Source: Octopus vulgaris (Eukaryota). Taken from it: a DNA stretch of 64,000 nucleotides. The number at the start of each line of letters is the position of its first letter. Within the stretch, counting starts at the first letter, position 1. The stretch covers positions 63,798,001-63,862,000 of the forward strand of contig OX597827.1 in NCBI GenBank assembly GCA_951406725.2, written 5' to 3'. A program made the position numbers and the translations under genes. Positions 12,834-25,378 of the stretch are shown here, piece after piece. Under the pieces are notes generated by a model, which searched no databases, was not told the origin of the DNA, and saw only the letters and a program-made list of their open reading frames with translations.

Positions 12834-12874
12834 CTTGTCTGGATGCCCAAGAAAGGACAAGGTATCCCCTGAAG
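12834..12874 (+). CDS. MYT1L: MYT1-like exon, ZF2 end (SLSGCPRKDKVSPE)
   Basis: Matches vertebrate SLSGCPHKDR-x-PPE. TTACAG acceptor and G|GTAGGT donor. Confidence 0.93.
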
Positions 12875-12960
12875 GTAGGTTATCTAGACACCATTAGATT
12901 CAGATTCTTAGCAGTGGATTTCAAAGCATTACTTCCTTAATAATTTGTTGTTCCATATAT

Positions 12961-12991
<31 letters not shown>

Positions 12992-13670
12992 TTAACAGAT
13001 GAATTGTGTTCTAGTCAGTCTGTAATCTATTATTAGCAATGTATTTTATCTGTTCTTGTCAGGCTGTGAATCACAGATTTGGTTTTCATAATTGACGAAG
13101 TGCAAAGACGCAGAAATGCATGCATCCTATCATCCAGGGTTGTCATTTATAGCCCAATGTGTACATAACTCGGGACTCTTTCTGCAGCAGAGGGTCTTAT
13201 CATATCCAAATGCACTTGATTATGTTAAATATGACTTTACATGAATATACACATACATATGTTTGTCCATCTATCTATATATCTATCTATCTATCTATCT
13301 ATCTTGCTAGCTAGCTAACTATCCGTATAATATATATATATATATATATGAAGGAAAAGAAGATAAAAGAATCCAGGTGAACACTTTACAAGCCTTTTGT
13401 AGGTATCAGAACTGACTGACTAAATTGTCTAGTGAAATGAGTGGTGATATAACATCGATAAGAACAGGATGGCGTTGAATTCCTCTGTAGCATTTTAATC
13501 AATCGAATATGGAATTGATTAAATCTGCATAAATGTTCCGTTGCAGTGTTTTGATAAATGTTTTTCTGTTTGGAATGTATATACCTGATAAATCATGAAT
13601 AAATCTCTGTTCTTTTGTGTGTTCATATGTGTGTGTGTGTGTGTACAGTATTATAGATCCATTTCAGGTG

Positions 13671-13743
13671 ATCTTACCAATCAGTTTCACACTGGATATT
13701 AGATAAGAGGATGTTTAACTAAGACCATGTGCTCTTCAGAGAT
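13671..13743 (-). ncRNA. minimal type-I hammerhead ribozyme-like motif in a Penelope-like relic
   Basis: Minus strand reads AUCU-CUGAAGA-GCAC...GUGU-GAAAC-UGAUUG-GUA-AGAU: stem I AUCU/AGAU, intact core, GUA triplet. Confidence 0.65.
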
Positions 13744-13798
13744 GACAGGTCTGGAAAAAATATGGCAACGTATGGATTCTTAGCTGACTATATATATG

Positions 13799-13838
<40 letters not shown>

Positions 13839-13898
13839 TATATGTGTGTATATATATGCATATATATATACATATATATATATATGTATGTGTATATA

Positions 13899-13967
<69 letters not shown>

Positions 13968-14034
13968 CTCTGTCTGTATCTCTCACTAAATACATATAAA
14001 TATAATTCTTTCATTTTATTTCAACCACCAACAG

Positions 14035-14125
14035 TTCTTGCACTCCAGGACCACATTCTACGATGTCCGACACCAGGTTGTAATGGAAGAGGCCATGTGA
14101 ACAGTAACAGGAACTCTCATAGAAG
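14035..14125 (+). CDS. MYT1L: MYT1-like exon, ZF3 first part ([31 protein letters not shown])
   Basis: Diagnostic ZF3 motif [17 protein letters not shown] acceptor and AG|GTAAAA donor. Confidence 0.95.
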
Positions 14126-14159
14126 GTAAAAAGAAACACTACTGGAATCTTTTTAACAC

Positions 14160-14715
14160 TTGTGTCACATCAGTTGAATATATAAATATAGCCAATGGCA
14201 ACCTACCTTGGGAGTGAGTTTATCACTTCATTTAAATATATAACCAATGTTTAGCTAATGTGTGAGGGGTCTCATCATATCTATGAAACATATATCCTAT
14301 GACATATTACAGGAGGAGCTTTACCACATCAATTAGACCATTAACCAATGACACCTTGTCATGGGAAGAACCTCAGCACATCTATTTAACATATATGCGT
14401 GTATTCACCAATGAGTTATGATAGGTGGGGCCTCACCACATCAGTTAAACATATATCCTAAGAGATATTATAGGGGAGGCTGCACCACATCAATTAGATT
14501 TTTAACCAATGACACCTTGTCATGGGAGGAGCCTTACTACATCTATTCATAAGAGGGCTTCACCACATTGATTAATGTTTATATACCAATACTAGCTACC
14601 TGGGAAGAGCCTATCACATCTATTAAGCATAAATCCATCAATGAGCTCCCAAAAGAGGAGCTTCTCCACATCAATTAAACATATATCCAATGATGAGCAA
14701 AGGACAGAGCCTTTA
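14160..14715. repeat. degenerate ~50-bp tandem repeat (~11 units)
   Basis: Recurring CCACATCAATTAAACATATA..CCAATGA...GGGAGGAGCCT. Confidence 0.7.
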
Positions 14716-14995
14716 TGTGATTGATTGACTTCTGAGAAATAGCAGCCAAATCTCCCACTAAGTAAGCATTACCGTTTTGATAAAAGACACATTTCATAAT
14801 GCAATCTAAAGTTCACTATTCATAGGAAAAATAAGGAGTGGCCATTATTGGATTACCTTTAAATATTTATATTGTGTTGAATATTATATATTACTAAAAT
14901 GATTGCACAATAATGTATATTTTTAAATAATTCCAGACATATGTAACTAAAGGATTTAATCTTTTCTTCTTTTTCATTCTCTTTTTTTTTTACAG

Positions 14996-15060
14996 TTTGT
15001 CTGGCTGTCCTATTGCAGCTATGGGCAAAATCATGAACACGCAAAGTAACAAAAAATCAG
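14996..15060 (+). CDS. MYT1L: MYT1-like exon, ZF3 end (SLSGCPIAAMGKIMNTQSNKKS)
   Basis: SLSGCPIAA motif. Long poly-T tract with TACAG acceptor and CAG|GTAATA donor. Confidence 0.93.
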
Positions 15061-15530
15061 GTAATACATAACATAAATATATAAACATATAATATACACA
15101 TACTTGTATATAATTATTCTCCAACAATGAGAATGAGGGCTCAACACCACATTCATATGCAAATATTCTTCATTTGTGGATTAACAAAGCAACCAACGGT
15201 TTCATGTAAAGAAATCTTCACAATTGTTCAAGCATGCCACATGGAAGTGTTGGTACTCATCTGGATTTTGTGTATATATATAGTTATTGATTTTTGTCAG
15301 GAAAGAAGTTCCAGCTTCATAGCTGTCATTACTTATCAAAAAAGTAGTGATACATCAATTTCACACTAAATTGTTCATATATAAATATGAGTGTAGATAT
15401 ATATGTGTGTGTGTGTGTATATATATATGGAACCTGCTGAGGCTCCTAGCCTTGCCAGCTCCTGTCAAACCATTCAATCCATGCTAGCATGGAAAACAGA
15501 CATTAAATGATTATCATGATAATCATATAT

Positions 15531-15565
<35 letters not shown>

Positions 15566-15911
15566 GAATGGTTGGTGTTAGGAAGAGCATCCAGCTGTAA
15601 AAACCATACCAAAACAAGGCAGTGAAGCTCCTGCCAAACCATCCAACCCATGCCAGCATGTAAAGCATTAAATGACGATGATGATATATATGTGTGTGTG
15701 TGTATGTATATATGTATACTCTTTTACTTGTTTCAGTCATTTGACTGTGGCCATGCTGGAGCACCGCCTTTAGTCGAGCAAATCGACCCCGGGACTTATT
15801 CTTTGTAAGCCCAATACTTATTCTATTGGTCTCTTTTGCCGAACCGCTAAGTGACGGGGACGTAAACACACCAGCATCGGTTGTCAAGCAATGCTAGGGG
15901 GACAAACACAG

Positions 15912-15980
<69 letters not shown>

Positions 15981-16379
15981 TATGACAGGCTTCTTTCAGT
16001 TTCCGTCTACCAAATCCACTGACAAGGCTTTGGTCGGCCCGAGGCTATAGCAGAAGACACTTGCCCAAGATGCCACACAGTGGGACTGAACCCGGAACCA
16101 TGTGGTTAGTTAGCAAGCTACTTACCACACAGCCACTCCTGCGCCTATATGTATATTTTTATTAATATTTAGCAGAAGCAACAGAGTGACTCAAGAGTTT
16201 CATGCGTTGGCACTGTTTGTGTGTGTGTATCTTGTCATCACAGATCATTGCCATTGTTCATTATATTTATAGATTGTTGTTGTTATTGTTGAAAGACTTT
16301 ATTCAATTCTATTCAATTCTTTTCTTTGTTGCCCACTCAAATTTGTATTTTCCTATTATTAACTTATACATTTTTATTT

Positions 16380-16820
16380 ATTATATATTTTGTTGCTGTC
16401 ATTGTTGTTATTATTGTTGTTGTTGTTGTTATCCTTATTATTATTATTTTTATCATTATTACTATTATCATTATTATCGTAATATTGTTGTTGATAGTAG
16501 TGTTGTTATTGTTGTTTTTGTACCTTTTAATTTATTTGTTGTTGTTGTTGTTGTTATTTTAGCAGTCATAGCTATAATTGTGGTTGGTGCCATGATCTGT
16601 TGTGTCTGCTACTACCACCACCACCATCACCACCACCATCACCACCATCATCACCACCATCACCACCACAACCACCACCACCACCATCACAACAACCACA
16701 ACCTCAACCACCACCACCACCACCACCATCACCACCACAACCACCACCATCACAACAACCACAACCTCAACCACCACCACCACCACCACCATCATCACAA
16801 CTACCATAACTGCTACTACT
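16380..16820. repeat. compound trinucleotide microsatellite (TTG/TTA then CAC/CAT)
   Basis: Visible directly. Confidence 0.9.
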
Positions 16821-17932
16821 CCTACTCTTTCTCTTTTTACTCTGTTACTTGTTTCAGTCATTTGACTGCAGCCATGCTGGAGCACCGCCTTTAATCGAGC
16901 AACTCGACCCTGGGACTTATTCTTTTGTAAGCCCAGTACTTATTCTATCGGTCTCTTTTGCCGAACCGCTAAGTAACGGGGACATAAACACACCAGCATC
17001 GGTTGTCAAGCAATGCTAGGGAGACAAGCACAGACACACAAACACACACACGCATATATATAAATATATATATAAACATATATACGACGGGCTTCTTTCA
17101 GTTTCCGTCTACCAAATCCACTCACAAGGCTTTGGTCGGCCCAAGGCTATAGTAGAATACACTTGCCCAAGGTGCCACGCAGTGGGACTGAACCCGGAAC
17201 CATGTGGCTGGTAATCAAGCTACTTACTACACAGTCACTCCTGCGCCTAGTATTACATTCATTGCTGCTCATGGTGCTGTTGCTGCATTGCAAACCAATC
17301 ATCATTTAACATTGGTTTCCCATGCTGGCATGGGTTGGAAGGTTTGATAGAAGCTGGCAAGCCAGAGAGCTACACCAAGCTTCGATTGTCTGTTTTTGGC
17401 ATGGTTTTCTGTGGCTGGATGCCCTTCCTAATGTCAGCCACTTTACAGAGTACACTGTACTTAATGTGGCACTAACATGGGTACTTTTTACATGGTACCA
17501 GCACCAGTGCTTTATTCATCGCCCCAACACAGGTGCTTTTTACATGGCACTAACTAACCAATAACTATATATAAATGCATTATCAAAATATCACTGCATG
17601 GCATCTTGGACAAGTGTTTTCTAATATAGCCTTGGGCCAACAAAAGCCTTGTGATTGGATTTGGTAGTTGGAAACTGAAAGAAACCTGCCGTATATAAGT
17701 GTGTGTGTGTGTGTGTGTGTGAATCAAAACAGTTTGATTAAAATTCGTTGGTATTCTTGAGTTTCAAGAGTGATGTTAGTCGTCGGTCATTTTGAATTTG
17801 AATTCAAATTCAAAATGACTGATGACTAGCATCACACTCGAGACTCAAGAGTTTAGATCCATACATGTAACTCCCAATAAATTGGTTGAGTGCCCTTCTT
17901 TTATTTGTTCACTCACTTATATACATACATAC

Positions 17933-17963
<31 letters not shown>

Positions 17964-18078
17964 TTCAGATGAATTAGGTACTTAAGTTGAGGCACTAGAA
18001 TTTAGTACGGTATTATCCATAAAATTTCAAAATAAAATGATTAAAATCAAAATAAGCAACAAGGATATCCAGAGGTAA

Positions 18079-18164
18079 TGCAGTACGATCGCTTCACGCA
18101 ACTCCATTTAATTGAACAATGCAACCATTACATCAATTTAAATGCAGAGCAATCCTCAGCTGCA
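18079..18164 (-). ncRNA. degenerate hammerhead-like motif (same repeat family as 23839)
   Basis: Minus strand reads UGCAG-CUGAGGA...GAAGC-GAUC-GUA-CUGCA. GAAA is changed to GAAG. Confidence 0.5.
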
Positions 18165-18580
18165 CAAAGAATTTAATTTAATTAAAACAGATGGAGACAG
18201 TATAATTTTGCCTAAAATCACCAAGAAGTTAAGGAGATAGACAAAGAACATTGTTACCCTTTCTTCCACTTAGCAAACATATTCCCTCAAATCACATGCA
18301 GATGATCTTGAGAAAGAAAACACATTAGTTAATGTAGTCCTAGGTATGCAAAATTCTGATGTGATGGTCATAGTTAGATTGCTTTTGATCTGCCTGCGCC
18401 ATCTGGACTGATATGAAGCTAAACAGCCTCAACAACAATAACACACAAATACAGTTTGTTATTTTTATGATCATCTTTATTTTTTTATATATTTTTTTGT
18501 TGCTGTAGTTGCTGTTGTTGTTTTGGTTTTGTTTTTTGTTGTTTTTCTTTGTTTTATCGTTTTTTGTTTTTGGCAATTAG

Positions 18581-18688
18581 GCCTTCACCTTGTGCTCATT
18601 CCAAAGTATGATGACCCTTCTAAGGCCGTGCTTGCTGCCTGCACTGAGACTGACCTGCTCCGATTGGCTGCACAAGAGGTCAAGTCGG
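18581..18688 (+). CDS. MYT1L: MYT1-like exon, 108 nt, phase 1-1 (GLHLVLIPKYDDPSKAVLAACTETDLLRLAAQEVKS)
   Basis: Strong T-rich tract with TTAG acceptor and an open, protein-like frame. The donor G|GTCTGT was chosen for phase consistency, so the 3' boundary is less certain. Confidence 0.7.
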
Positions 18689-18967
18689 GTCTGTAAAGTA
18701 AAACTACTTCATTTCACTTTCATTTGCTTCCTGTTTCTCATCACTCTAATCTTTCTGTTTGCCCATCCATCCATCCATCTATCTATTCATCCATCCTTCT
18801 ATTCATTGCTCTATGCATCTGTTTATCTAACCATCCATTCTTCTATTTATGTATCTGTCTAACTCTCAATATATTTATCTAATTTTTCATCTGTCTATCT
18901 AACTATCCATCTATTTGTCTAACCATCCATTCACTATCTCTCAGTTTGTCTATCTAATCATCCATCC

Positions 18968-19026
<59 letters not shown>

Positions 19027-19697
19027 CATCTATCTATGAGCATGAACTTGGTATCATGTTACATATGTTTCTGTATTTGGTAATTAATTAATTAATGATG
19101 TCACACAATAAAATGCAATTCATACATGCACTTATAAGTGCAATTTACATAATCCTACCAAACACATTGTTGGACAGGGTCAAAATAACAAACAAGCAAT
19201 CATCGGATATAAACAACCAAGAGATACAAGGTCATATGTAAATCTAGTCATATATATTTTATTTCATTTTCCTCTGTATCTCCATTGATCTCCTCTTCAT
19301 TTCTTTCTTCCTTTCATCTAATTCGAACTGCCTTCTAACTTTATAACCTCATCTGACCTATTGTATTTATCATGACCTTCGTAACTCACCTGTTTTTTAC
19401 CTAACCTATTTTATCAGCTTCACATCTCATCTGCCCCTCATTAAATTCTAACTTCATCTTAAGTTTACAATCTTCTCTTAAAAGTGATATCCTATCTTAA
19501 CCATGTAATCATGTATTATTAACCATTTATATGTATTTTCCTAAGATTTCATATCTGCTAATATTATCTCCTGGCTAACATGTGGTTTTTGTCTTTGCTT
19601 GGTAACATTATATTTTCTTATCTTCACCTTTCATCCTAACTTTCATGTCCTGTTTTACTCTTTCCGTATTATCCTAGCTTTATGATTTTAATCTTAA

Positions 19698-20567
19698 CCC
19701 TTTAGCATTCAGATTACTCCATTAAATGTAATCCTTATTTATTCACATTGTTTTGAATTAAGCCTGCATCATCTCATAGCTTCAAGACTTCAATGATATA
19801 ACTCCTTATTTTTATTTCTTTATTGCCCTCAAGGGGCTAAACATAGAGGGCATAAACAAGGACAAAGGGATTAAGTCGATTACATTGAAGCCAGTGCGTA
19901 ACTGGTACTTATTTGATCGACCCAGAAATGATGAAAGTCGACCTCGGTGGAATTTGAACTCAGAACGTAGCGGCAGACGAAATACTACTAAGCATTTTGC
20001 CCAGTGTGCTAACGATTCTGCCAGATCACCACCCTAATTGCTTATTTTTAATATGACATTGAGGGTTGGTGTGAGAGGCTAGATCTGGCCTGTCTGAACA
20101 TAAAACAGAATATTTGAGTCAGATATTGACAAGTAACAAATCCCTTAAATCTTTGGGGTCATCAGGGCACTGCAGCCATGCAGCGTATCTAGGGTGAGGG
20201 AGCCTGGTGGAACCCATCTCTTTCCAGACTAAACTCATTTCTACAGCTGAGTGGACTGGAGCAAAAGTGAAATGAAGAGTTTTACTCAAGAACACAATGG
20301 ATTGCCCTCTCCCAGGATTGAAACCACAATCTTACAGTCATGAATCCAACACCCTAACCACTAAGCAACATGCATCCACTAGTGGTACTCATTTTTACCA
20401 GTTGTGTGTACTGGAGCAAAAGTGAAATGAAGCATTTTGCTCAAGAACACAACAGATTGCCCGGTCCAGGAATTGAAACCACAATCTTACAGTCATGAAT
20501 CCAACATCCTAACCACTAAGCAACACACCTCCACAGGTTAGACATGGTCAGTTTAAATGCTAAAGGG
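19698..20567. mobile_element. second piggyBac-like MITE family with nested SINE insertions
   Basis: TTAA-CCCTTTAGCATT...AATGCTAAAGGG-TTAA. Contains SINEs at ~19815-20035 and ~20130-20535. A related copy lies at ~5065-5455. Confidence 0.65.
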
Positions 20568-21071
20568 TTAAAATTTCGAAATTTTATTTCGTTTCTTTCC
20601 ATAGTTTCATATTCAGTTTTAACCTTGCCTCCTTTCTCCTAGCTTTGCTTTTCTCCATCTTTCCTTAACATGTATAATCTGTTTTATATTTATATCCCTT
20701 TTGTAAATTTTACTGTCATCCATCATGCTGTCTTGCTTTATCAACAAACATATCACTGAAATTACTTTTGTCAATCAGGGTGTTTAGGTTTAGCTTTATC
20801 TTATATCATTCGTCTTTTGCTTGTCTGACTCATTTTCTGAAGCCATGCTGGAGCGCCACCTTGAAGAGTTTAGTTGAACGAATTGACCTCCATACTTGTT
20901 TTTTTTCTTTTTGTTTTTTTTGGGGTTTTTTTAAAGTCTGATACTTCTATCAGTACTTTTTGCTAAAACCACTAAGTTACAGGGATGTAAATAAACCAAC
21001 ACCTGTTTTCAAGTGCTGGGGTAACAAACATGAAGACAAAGCTACAAATACACACACACACACACACACAC

Positions 21072-21136
<65 letters not shown>

Positions 21137-21560
21137 TATTCATATATACATACATATATATATGCACACATATATATATACATATATATATTCACATATA
21201 TATATACATATATATGTGAAGGCGCATGGCTCAGTGGTTAGAGCGTTGAGCTTACAATCATGAGGTTGTGAGTTCAAATCCCGGACCGGGATGTGTGTTG
21301 TGTTCCTGAGCAAGACACTTTATTTCACGTTGCTCCAGTTCACTCAGCTGTAGAAATGAGTTGCGACATCACAGGTGCCAAGCAGTATCGGCCGTTGCCT
21401 TTCCCTTGGATAACACTGGTGGCGTGGAGAGGGGAGGCCAGTATGTATGGGCGACTGCTGGTCTTCCATAAACAACCTTGCCTGGACTTGGACTTGTGCT
21501 TGGGAGGGTAACTTTCTAGGTGCAATCATGACCAAAGGGGGTCTCAACATATATATATAA

Positions 21561-21619
<59 letters not shown>

Positions 21620-22699
21620 CAGGCTCCCACACAGTCTTCATTTACCATATTCACTCATATGGTATTGGTCAACCCAAGGCTATAGTAGAAGACACTTGCC
21701 CAAGGTACCACCCAGTAATCACATGTTCACAAAAGTAAGCTTCTTAACCACAAAACCATGTCTGAGCCTATACACATTGTATTTTTAAACATACCCTGTT
21801 TTCTTAGCTTTACATTTTCTGTCTTAACCATTTTTAGACTCAACTGTATATCACGTTTTAGTTTCCGCTGTCATGTTTTGATATCATGTTTTGTCGTGGT
21901 TACATTTTTTTTACATTACTTTTTTAATTTTATTGTAAGATATCCCTTCGTATTTTTCTGCCTTCTTTTAGCACAGTATGTCATCTCATCCTGAATGTCT
22001 TGTCATAATCCTGCCATCTTATCTTGACGTTGCAAATTTTATCTTTAAAATTTTGACATCTTGTCTTCTTGAAATACTTAATCTTTGTTCAATATCTTAT
22101 CTTAACTCTGCTGTTTCTTTCTTTATTTCATTTTTATTTTTTCAACATTTCTTTCTCTTTCTCTCTCTCTCTTTGTCTGTCTGTGCATGATAACTTTGCT
22201 GCCTGAAATATAAATATTTCTTATTTGATTTTTTATGCTAAGCTAGATATCCTGACCAAACATAGATATATTGATATATCTATGGTTCCCCCACTCCTTT
22301 TTTTTTTACATTACATCTCACACAGTCTTTACATAATATTTAACACAGCATCTCGCCAGGCTTTGATAACTGTGCTTCAAATGTGATATCCTCTGTTTCT
22401 CTGTTAGCCATGATATCCAATACTAACAACAATATTTTACCTTAACCCTGATATAAATTGACCTTGAGCAAACATGATACAAGAAGGGCATCCGGCCATT
22501 TCAAATCTACCAGAACTAACTTCATCCAAACCATACAGTAGCCCGCACTCTTAACCACTATGCCATATGCCCATGATTAAGAGCACGGGCTACTAACACC
22601 AAGATTCCAAGCAATGAACTGAACAATAATAATAGTAATAATGATAATAGCATTGAAAAATACCTTAGGAATGAGAACCCAGGTTTGAAATTTCCCCAA

Positions 22700-22745
22700 G
22701 ACACCTGATGAAGGCTGGAGGGTACATCAGCCGAAATGTTGTGTT
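22700..22745 (+). ncRNA. minimal hammerhead-like motif, sense strand, in a Penelope-like terminal fragment
   Basis: GACAC-CUGAUGA-A-GGCUG...CAGCC-GAAAU-GUU-GUGUU: stem I and stem II pair; the triplet is the non-optimal GUU. Confidence 0.55.
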
Positions 22746-23838
22746 AACAACAAACAAGATGTGGACAAATATCCATCAAATGTAAATAATTTAAATAATG
22801 TACATAATTCTTCAACTCTTAAATACAGAACTGTATAATGAGCTCTGTTGGAATAGTTTTCATTTCTTTTTCCCATCATATATCTTTTGATAACAATGCA
22901 GAGGATCTTGAATGATATGTTCAACCTTTGCAAAGCGTTCGACTTTTTGCAGTCATAAGTCGCATAGGTGAGAAGTTGAGGAGATGGTATACAAAAATTT
23001 CAGTTTGGGTATAAAAAAAAATTATAAAAACCATAATACAACTCTACTTGATATACTAGAGCCTGCTAATAGCTGCTTTTGGGCCAGAAACCTTCCTATC
23101 CATTATCTAATTAAATGTTATCTCTTTCTCTCTTTTACTTGTTTCAGTCATTTGACTGCGGCCATGCTGGAGCACCGCCTTTAGTTGAGCAAATCGACCC
23201 CCGGACTTATTCTTTGTAAGCCCAGTACTTATTCTATCGGTCTCTTTTGCCGAATCGCTAAGTGACGGGGACGTAAACACACCAGCATCGGTTGTCAAGC
23301 AATACTAGGGGGACAAACACAGACACACAAACACATACACACACATACACACATATATATATACATATACACGACAGGCTTCTTTCATTTTCCGTCTACC
23401 AAATCCACTCACAAGGCATTGGTCAGCCCGGGGCTATAGCAGAAGACACTTGCCCAAGATGCCACACAGTGGGACTGAACCTGGCACCATGTGGTTGGTT
23501 AGCAAGTTACTTACCACACAGCCACACCTGCACGTTATGTTGTCCAAATTTTGCTAACAATATCTACGCTTAGCCGTGTCTTAGTTGTTCTACATCACAT
23601 TGTACTGGTGTTTGCATGTGTTTAAAAATATGCATGTGTGTAATGAATTATGATATTATATATTTGTGCATGTCTGTAACTGTTTTCTATATGTAAGTAC
23701 ATATAAGTATGAATGCAACAATTTAGATTCAAATGAATATGGTACTTAATTTAGATGCACCAGAATTTTGTATGGTGTTATCCATAAAAATTTGTGGGGT
23801 GATTATAATCAAAAATAAGCAACAAGAATGACTCCGGT

Positions 23839-23929
23839 AATTTGGTACAATTGTTTCGCACTACAACATTCTATTAAAAGTTGTAAGTATTACAGCAGAT
23901 TTTAGATGTTGAGTGCTCTTCAGACAATT
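23839..23929 (-). ncRNA. minimal type-I hammerhead ribozyme-like motif
   Basis: Minus strand reads CUGAAGA-GCACUCAACAU...AUGUUGUAGUGC-GAAAC-AAUU-GUA: intact core, long stem II, palindromic stem III; stem I imperfect. Confidence 0.65.
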
Positions 23930-24666
23930 ATAAAGGTTTTCCAATAATACATGAATGCGTATGAATATTCACTTATATTTTATATATGAATATATACTTA
24001 GAGAGAGAGAGAGAGAAATGTGTGTGTGTGTATGTGTAGATATAAATATTTATTTATGTATTTGATATGCTTCCAGTTTCATCCACAAGGATTTGGCTGC
24101 TACAAGGCTACAGCAAAGTATTTGTGTACATAGCATCGCGGAGTAAAGCCAAACTCTGAGACACATCATTGCAAAACTGTGTGTATGCATGTGAGTGTGC
24201 GTGTGTATGTGTGTGTACATATAAATATACATATATATCATCATCATCATCATCATCATCATTATCATTTAGCGTCCGCTTTCCATGCTAGCATGGGTTG
24301 GACGGTTCAACTGGGATCTGGGAAGCCAGAAGGCTGCACCAGGCCCAGTCTGATCTGGCAATGTTTCTACGGCTGGATGCCCTTCCTAACGCCAACCACT
24401 CCGTGAGTGTAGTGGGTGCTTTTTACGTGCCACCAGCACAGTTGCCAGACGGGGCTTGCAAACGGCCATGATCGGATGGTGCTTTTTACGTGCTACCAGC
24501 ACGGGGGCCAGGCGAGGCTGGCAAACGGCCACAATCGGATGGTGCTTTTTACATGCTACCAGCACAAGGGCCAGGTGAGGCTGGCAAACGGCCACGATCG
24601 GATGGTGCTTTTATACGTGCCACCGGCACTATATATATATATATATCCATAATGATGATGATGACA

Positions 24667-24697
<31 letters not shown>

Positions 24698-25326
24698 TAA
24701 TAATAATAGTAATAATACTAATAATAGTAATAATGGGGGAGCATCATAGCCATGTGTTGAAAGGAATTCTTGGAGGTTTGGATAATTCACATTTGGAAAC
24801 ATGGGTGGTTCGTTCAACATCCTTAAACAATCCTTATTCAGGGACCTTTTGAGCGGGATGGGCTACTCGACCAGAAGAAAATTCTAACCGGGCCCCACCT
24901 GCAAGGTCATGTGCTGTTTATCTTGATATGAGATCCCTATGTCACGCACATATGGTTGTGATGCATGTGCCTGGTGTACCCTTATCAGACAGGTAGTCAT
25001 GATGGGTATACTGGGCTTCGTATATTTTACCCCAGTGTCACTTTGATGCCATGCACTGCTCTTTCACTCAATAATAGTAATAATGATGATGATAATAATT
25101 ATAACAATAATAATAATAATAATAATAATAGGGATTATTACAAAGTAGCATTAGCACAACCTTTAATTCTTTTATATACACACACACACACACACATATA
25201 TACAGCCTCAAATGGACCTACACATGTTTCTACTCTGTTTTGAATACCTAACTGTGAGCAAATTGGTAATTGTTTGGAGAAATCCCTTACTAATTACCAA
25301 TATAAATATATACATATATATACATA

Positions 25327-25378
<52 letters not shown>

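Noticed and set aside
16202-16894. 230-aa His-rich ORF resembling the poly-H exon segments
   Set aside because: Compound microsatellite running into a SINE, with no convincing splice sites in phase.
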